Origin: the human T2T-CHM13v2.0 reference genome, Homo sapiens
DNA length: 64,000 bases
NCBI RefSeq assembly: GCF_009914755.1
Contig: NC_060933.1
Direction: 5' to 3' (one strand)
In this document: positions 58,591 through 64,000 of the stretch, in pieces
How the letters are laid out: each line of letters starts with the position of its first letter
Position numbering within the stretch: position 1 is the stretch's first letter
Notes under the pieces: generated by a model
The model's database searches: none
What the model saw: the letters and a program-made list of their open reading frames with translations, nothing else
Told to the model about the DNA's origin: nothing
Position numbers and translations under genes: made by a program

Positions 58591-58979
58591 AGTTAATCTA
58601 CTGTGATCCAATGGTCTTCCTATACATGCCAAATTTCTGTCATTTTCTACAGCTATTTAATATTACAAGGTGATCATTCCTGAAATCGTATTTTTGAAAA
58701 AAGCATAATGATGCAAGGGGTTTGAAATGTACAAAAATTGTCCAATTTGTGGGTTTTACATGTGTCTGTGGTAGGGAAAGAACATTAGCAGGGAGGGGGT
58801 CAGAAGTAATGTAGGATCCAGAAAAGCCTTCAAGAGGAACCCCGATATTCAATGAGAACTTAAATACAAGTGTCCCAAACCACCATGTTGCTCCATCAGG
58901 GTAGAAAAGGAGAGGACAGGAAGAAAAGGAGCAAGAGAGAAAAAGACCTCTCCCTGAAGAACAGCCAAAGTATCATTTG

Positions 58980-59120
58980 GGTCTGTAATCCCAGCACTTT
59001 GGGAAACCGAGGCAGGAGGATCACTTGAGGCCAGGAGCTGGAGGTTCCCAAGTGAGCAATGGTCACTCCACTGCCCTCCAGCGTGGGTGACAGAGCAACA
59101 CACTGCCTTTAAAAAGAGAA
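58980..59120 (+). mobile_element. FLAM-like Alu monomer
   Basis: ctgtaatcccagcactttgggaaaccgaggcaggaggatcacttgaggccaggag...gggtgacagagcaac. Confidence 0.8.
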
Positions 59121-60820
59121 AATTTTAAAACTATCATGCAGCTTCGGAATACTCTTTGATTACCTTTAGGGTCTAGTATTGGCTTTTAAAGAAAATCTTT
59201 CCTTGATAACAATGTGACAAGGAGATTAAAAAAAAAAAGTCCTTGATTTTCTTAACAAATCAAGATTTTAAAATGTCTAAGCAACAGCCAAAGCTGTCTC
59301 ACTTAGACAATCATTTATTAATGGCAAACTTAAACATTTTTTCAAAAAGAATTAGTTATTTGTCTCTTACTCTCTTGGATCTGTTTTGTAAGCTTCCTGA
59401 CTTTAAATTTTTAGCTATTTCTTCTTGCTGAAAAGCTAAGAACTTCATTTAGACATTTAATATATCTAGACTATTTCCTTATAACCCTAAAAAAAGTTTA
59501 AAAATATTCATGGGGAAACATATATAATTATATTTCATTTCAGTTTTAACATTATAGAATTTTCTTTTTTATCAAAAATTTGATATCTCTATTTCTTTGT
59601 ATCATGATCCTGAATCAAGAGGTGTTTTTTCTTGAATGCTTTCAAAAGGACAGGCATCCTCAGAGTAGGCCTGGAGGGAAACTTCCTTTGGCTCCTACTT
59701 TAGAAGCAACTCATAGAACAAAGGGGATAGTCTCCTCCGGTGGGGGTACCTGGCCCCCAATTTGAACTTCTCAGCATGTCTTTTTTTAGGTGCTTAGGAA
59801 CTAAAATTTCTCCTTAGAAAAAGACTTGAGCGGGCCCCTGCATCTTTCCATATCCTGCAAACAGATGACAGGAGTAGTCAGGCAGGAAAAAAAACCCAGC
59901 TGTATCTGGCTCATCACAGTCTGAGGTAGTTCATTTCATTGTTTCATGGCTCGAACTGTTCTATGTCTTTCCTTCCACTGGGCTGAAATCTGCCTTCGTA
60001 TAAATTTCGGTCCTCTGAGATAGTAACAAAAGCAATATGCTTCCTGGTCCACGTGGAAGCCCTTACAGATGGGGAGGAGGACTCCATTCTGGCAGGCTTT
60101 TCTCCAGGCCAAACACTGTCAATGGCTTCCCCGTGGTCAGTCTGCAGACCCTTCACCACCCTGGTCATGAGTGGTGATCACATTTCAATTGCTCAATGCT
60201 CCTCATACACAGTGGTACCCAGAATTAAAAGCAAGATCCCAGAAGTGATCTGTGAAGAAGGAGATAATACCACCGTAATTCTGTTGTTAATGAGCAAAGA
60301 CACTTTTTCTTAAAAAGGCATATGACATAAATGACACAAAATACAAACATTTTCAGCTTAATATTTCTTCCACATGGTTATAAAATACTGCCTTTTTTTA
60401 GATGTAATCTATAACCTAATTTCTGATCTTATTCTTCAATGAACAGTGTTAGTGTAACAGAATATTCAGCTTAAAAACATCTTTTACCACAAATTATAAG
60501 AGGAAAGGACCATTAGATGTTGTAAGTGTAGATCACAGAACGTACAGATGCTTATTAGCTTCAGAAAATGTGAACTCCATATTAACCATACAGCTGCTGG
60601 CAAACTCTTCTAGGTCAAAAAGGAATGTCAGTGTGTAAGAGTACCTCTAAATTGAAGTAACTATTTTGTGGCTCCCTGCATTCTCATCTCTCAAAGCTCT
60701 TCCCGCTCGGACTAAAGAAAAGAAGCATGACCCTGATATTAAACAGATGACCAATAAGCAAATGGGACTTCAATTCACAAAAACCAAGAGGACTCCAAAA
60801 AAGAAAAACTTGGTGGTTGG

Positions 60821-61147
60821 GGCTGGGCACGGTGGCTCACGCCTGTAATCCCAGCACTTTGGAAGGCCGAAGTGGGCAGATAACCTGAGATCAGGAGTTC
60901 GAGACCAGCCTGGTCAACATGGTGAAACCCTGTCTCTACCAAAAAAATAAAAATTAGCCAGGCGCGTTGGCGCACACCTGTAATCCCAGCTACTCGGGAG
61001 TCTGAGGCAGGAGAACTGCTTGAATCTGGGAGGCGGAGGCTGCAGTGAGCCCACTGCGCCACTGTACTCCAGCCTGGGCGACAGAACGAGACTCTGTCTC
61101 AAAAAAAAAAAAAAAAAAAGAAAAGAAAAAGAAAAAGAAAAGAAAAA
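60821..61147 (+). mobile_element. AluS with A/(GAAAAA)n tail
   Basis: Full dimer; TSD core ttggtggttgg at 60810-60820 and 61149-61159. Confidence 0.93.
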
Positions 61148-61849
61148 ATTGGTGGTTGGAAATTTATCCCCAACTTTGACTAAAATGGGATTTCAGAGGG
61201 TGTGTTCATGTGTGTGTTTCAGACCACTTCAACTGCTATCTCTCATGCCAAAGAATACAGCACCTAGCAAAAGTTTTCAAGTTTCAAAAAGGTTCATTTT
61301 CCCTTCAGTGATAGGGAGGTATAAGAGCCTTCCTCTTCAATATTTTATTATTAAAATTTTCAAATACACAGAAAAGTCGAATGAATTGTACAGTGAGCAC
61401 TTATGTATCTACCATCTAAATTCTACAATTAACATTTTATTACATTTGCTTGTAAGAGTCTTTTTTATGTATCATTGATCAGCATAACAGTCCTATAATT
61501 TACAATTTTGGGGGGAAAGTTCCTGATATCACTGGGTCAGCACTCATTTTTAAAGTACAGAAATAAACATTTCAAGTGCTTAAGTTAGGCTAATATAATT
61601 TTGCTTGCATTTAAGATCTGACTTCTTTCTTTATGCACGTTGGGTAAAATATTTGTTAGATTATTTATGTTTATTTTAATAGCTCGGCACAAAGATACTA
61701 AAATGTTATCTGTAACAGCTTAACCTTTGGAAGAATACTTACCTTTGACAGTTTCCAAATGTTTCTAAAATCTTTAAAATTATTTGCAAGCTACTTGTGG
61801 TCCCCCATGAATCAGCTAAAGTTATTATCATAAAATAAGTATAGCAGCT

Positions 61850-62085
61850 ATTATAATATTCAGTATTTACTATGTGGCAAGTACCATTCTAAGTTCATTC
61901 AACACATGTAACAACATTCAACACAGGTAACATCATTCGATACATGTAACATCTCCATTAAATAGGTACTTTTAATATTATCATCTCCATTTTAAAAATA
62001 AGAAACATGGGGCATAAAGAGTCAAAGACCTCACAAGTGGCAGAAATGGGATTCAAACTCTGGCAACCTAGCACTGCACACTTTT
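61850..62085. mobile_element. MIR
   Basis: tatttactatgtggcaagtacc...catctccattttaaaaataagaaacatgggg...gtggcagaaatgggattcaaactc. Confidence 0.7.
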
Positions 62086-62177
62086 CGGCTTCTCAGTACA
62101 CTGCACAGCCTCTCTAGCAAACAAAAACAACCCTCTGCCTGATGAAAACCCAATCTGTTAAATCATTACCATCCCAT

Positions 62178-63469
62178 TGAGAGGTGACAGCGTGCTGGCA
62201 GTCCTCACAGCCCTCGCTCACTCTCGGCGCCTCCTCTGCCTGGGCTCCCACTTTGGCGGCACTTGAGGAGCCCTTCAGCCCACCGCTGCACTGTGGGAGC
62301 CCCTTTCTGGGCTGGCCAAGGCCAGAGCCGGCTCCCTCGGCTTGCAGGGAGGTGTGGAGGGAGAGGCGGGAGCAGGAACCGGGGCTGCAGGCGGCGCTTG
62401 CGGGCCAGCTGGAGTTCCGGGTGGGCGTGGGCTTGGCGGGCCCCACACTTGGAGCAGCAGGCCGGCCCTGCTGGACCGGGCAATGAGGGGTTTAGCACCC
62501 GGGCCAGCGGCTGCGGAGGGTGTACTGGGTTCCCCAGCAGTGCCAGCCCACTGGCGCTGTACTTGATTTCTCACCGGGCCCTAGCTGCCTTCCGGCGGGG
62601 CAGGGCTCGGGACCTGCAGTCCGCCATGCCTGAGCCTCCCACCCCCTCCATGGGCTCCTGTGCGGCCTGAGCCTCCCCGACAAGTGCCACCCCCTGCTCC
62701 ACGGCGCCCAGTCCCATCGACCACCCAAGGGCTGAGGAGTGCGAGCACATGGCACGGGACTGGCAGGCAGCTCCACCTGCAGCCTGGTGCGGGATCCACT
62801 GGGTGAAGCCAGCTGGGCTCCTGAGTCTGGTAGGGAAGTGAAGAACCTTTATGTCTAGCTCAGGGATTGTAAATACACCAGTTGGCACTCTGTATCTAGC
62901 TCAAGGTTTGTAAACGCACCAATCAGCACCCTGTGTCTAGCTCAGGGTTTGGGCTCTGGTGGGGCCTTGGAGAACCTTTGTGTCCATACTCTGTATCTAA
63001 CTAATCTGATGGGGAGGTGGAGAACCTTTGTGTCTAGCTCAGGGATTGTAAACGCACCAATCAGCGCCCTGTCAAAACAGACTACTCGGCTCTACCAATC
63101 AGCAGGATGTGGGTGGGGCCACATAAGAGAATAAAAGCAGGCTGCCCGAGCCAGCAGTGGCAACCCGCTCGGGTCCCCTTCCACATCGTGGAAGCTTTGT
63201 TCTTTCGCTCCTTGCAATAAATCTTGCTACTGCTCACTCTTTGGGTCCACACTGCTTTTATGAGCTGTAACACTCACCACGAAGGTCTGCAACTTCACTC
63301 CTGAAGCCAGCGAGACCACGAGCCCACTAGAAGGAAGAAACTCCAAACACATCCGAACATCAGAAAGAACTCCAGACACGCCACCTTAAGAGCTGTAACA
63401 TTCACCGCGAGGGTCCGCGACTTCATTCTTGAAGTCAGTGAGACCAAGGACCCACCAATTCCGGACACA
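62178..63469 (+). mobile_element. Solo LTR12C (ERV9/HERV9 LTR), 1292 bp, antisense to BNC2
   Basis: Starts tgagaggtgacagcgtgctggcagtcctc, ends cccaccaattccggacaca; 4-bp TSD CCAT at 62174-62177 and 63470-63473; GC/CpG-rich 5' half; tandem tctagctcagggattgtaaa repeats. Confidence 0.95.
62840..63160 (+). promoter_or_regulatory. LTR12C U3 enhancer/promoter: CCAAT (NF-Y) boxes, GT box, AATAAA TATA-like element
   Basis: CCAAT at 62919-62923, 63057-63061 and 63095-63099; gggtgggg near 63111; AATAAA at 63130-63135. Activity in this copy is not shown. Confidence 0.6.
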
Positions 63470-63689
63470 CCATCGCTGATATCACTGCTAACTTAGGAAC
63501 TGGTTATTTTCATTTCAGAAACTGAAGCAATGTTCAATTTCAATGAGTATTTTTTAAAGCCAACAAGTTGTTAGTTTCTGAGTAAAAATTACATGTACAA
63601 GGTACAGTGTGGTTATAATATATTTGGAAAAGAAAGTACAGATCTACACTGAGAATGAAATTAATGCCTATACACAAACACATACAGTC

Positions 63690-63935
63690 CAATATGCAAA
63701 GAATATGTGTGATCTTAGACAAGATAATTAATTTCTCTGAACCTACATCCTTGTTGACAAAATGAGGGTAATACTATAATCTTAGTACCAACTTCACGGG
63801 ATCATTATGTGAATTATACTGGATAATCTGAGCTCCAAAGTATGTGTAATAAAATAAGTACTCAATAAATGTTAGCTACAAACACATATAAAAACCTTAG
63901 CACTATATGTGGCACATGCTAAATACTAAAAACTG
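63690..63935. mobile_element. MIR
   Basis: tgtgtgatcttagacaagataattaatttctctgaacct...aaaatgagggtaata...gtactcaataaatgttagcta. Confidence 0.7.
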
Positions 63936-64000
63936 CTGTCAGTAATAAAAATATTAGTAATAATAGAAGACCAATATATGTCAATAATAACTAATGTTCA

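Noticed and set aside
62114-62888. Cluster of overlapping ORFs and a CpG-island-like region
   Set aside because: Explained by the GC-rich 5' half of LTR12C.
62840-63420. Tandem repeats resembling a CRISPR-like array
   Set aside because: These are the known U3 and U5 tandem units of ERV9 LTRs; no unique spacers and no cas genes; eukaryotic context.

Overview
Primate, almost certainly human, genomic DNA: it carries human-specific L1HS pre-Ta and AluYa-type elements. The window covers the 3' part of BNC2 (basonuclin-2) on the minus strand. It contains the proximal 3'UTR (1-841), the last coding exon (842-1502), a 15.9-kb intron, the 1970-nt penultimate coding exon (17413-19382) and about 44.6 kb of the upstream intron. 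The two exons encode three C2H2 zinc-finger pairs, the NLS and a serine-rich stretch. The most interesting structure is that the last intron splits zinc finger 4 in phase 2, just before its His ligands. Six alternative fates can be read at that one split codon: read-through, a 60/66-nt in-frame or terminal exon, an 85-nt poison exon, a YWEKS... exon, a 34-nt micro-exon, and back-splicing of the 1970-nt exon, which by my count gives a 681-aa circular-RNA ORF. The upstream intron is repeat-rich: a 5'-truncated L1HS pre-Ta whose ORF2 is fused in frame to a genomic ATG, an AluYa5-like insertion, a complete THE1A provirus with two nested Alus, a solo LTR12C, MER21 and about 20 Alus; the last intron has a MER1B and only one partial Alu. 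Several repeat-free intronic blocks look like enhancers. There are no prokaryotic-type systems, CRISPR arrays or RNA genes. Repeat subfamily names and literature links are from memory and need RepeatMasker or database confirmation.
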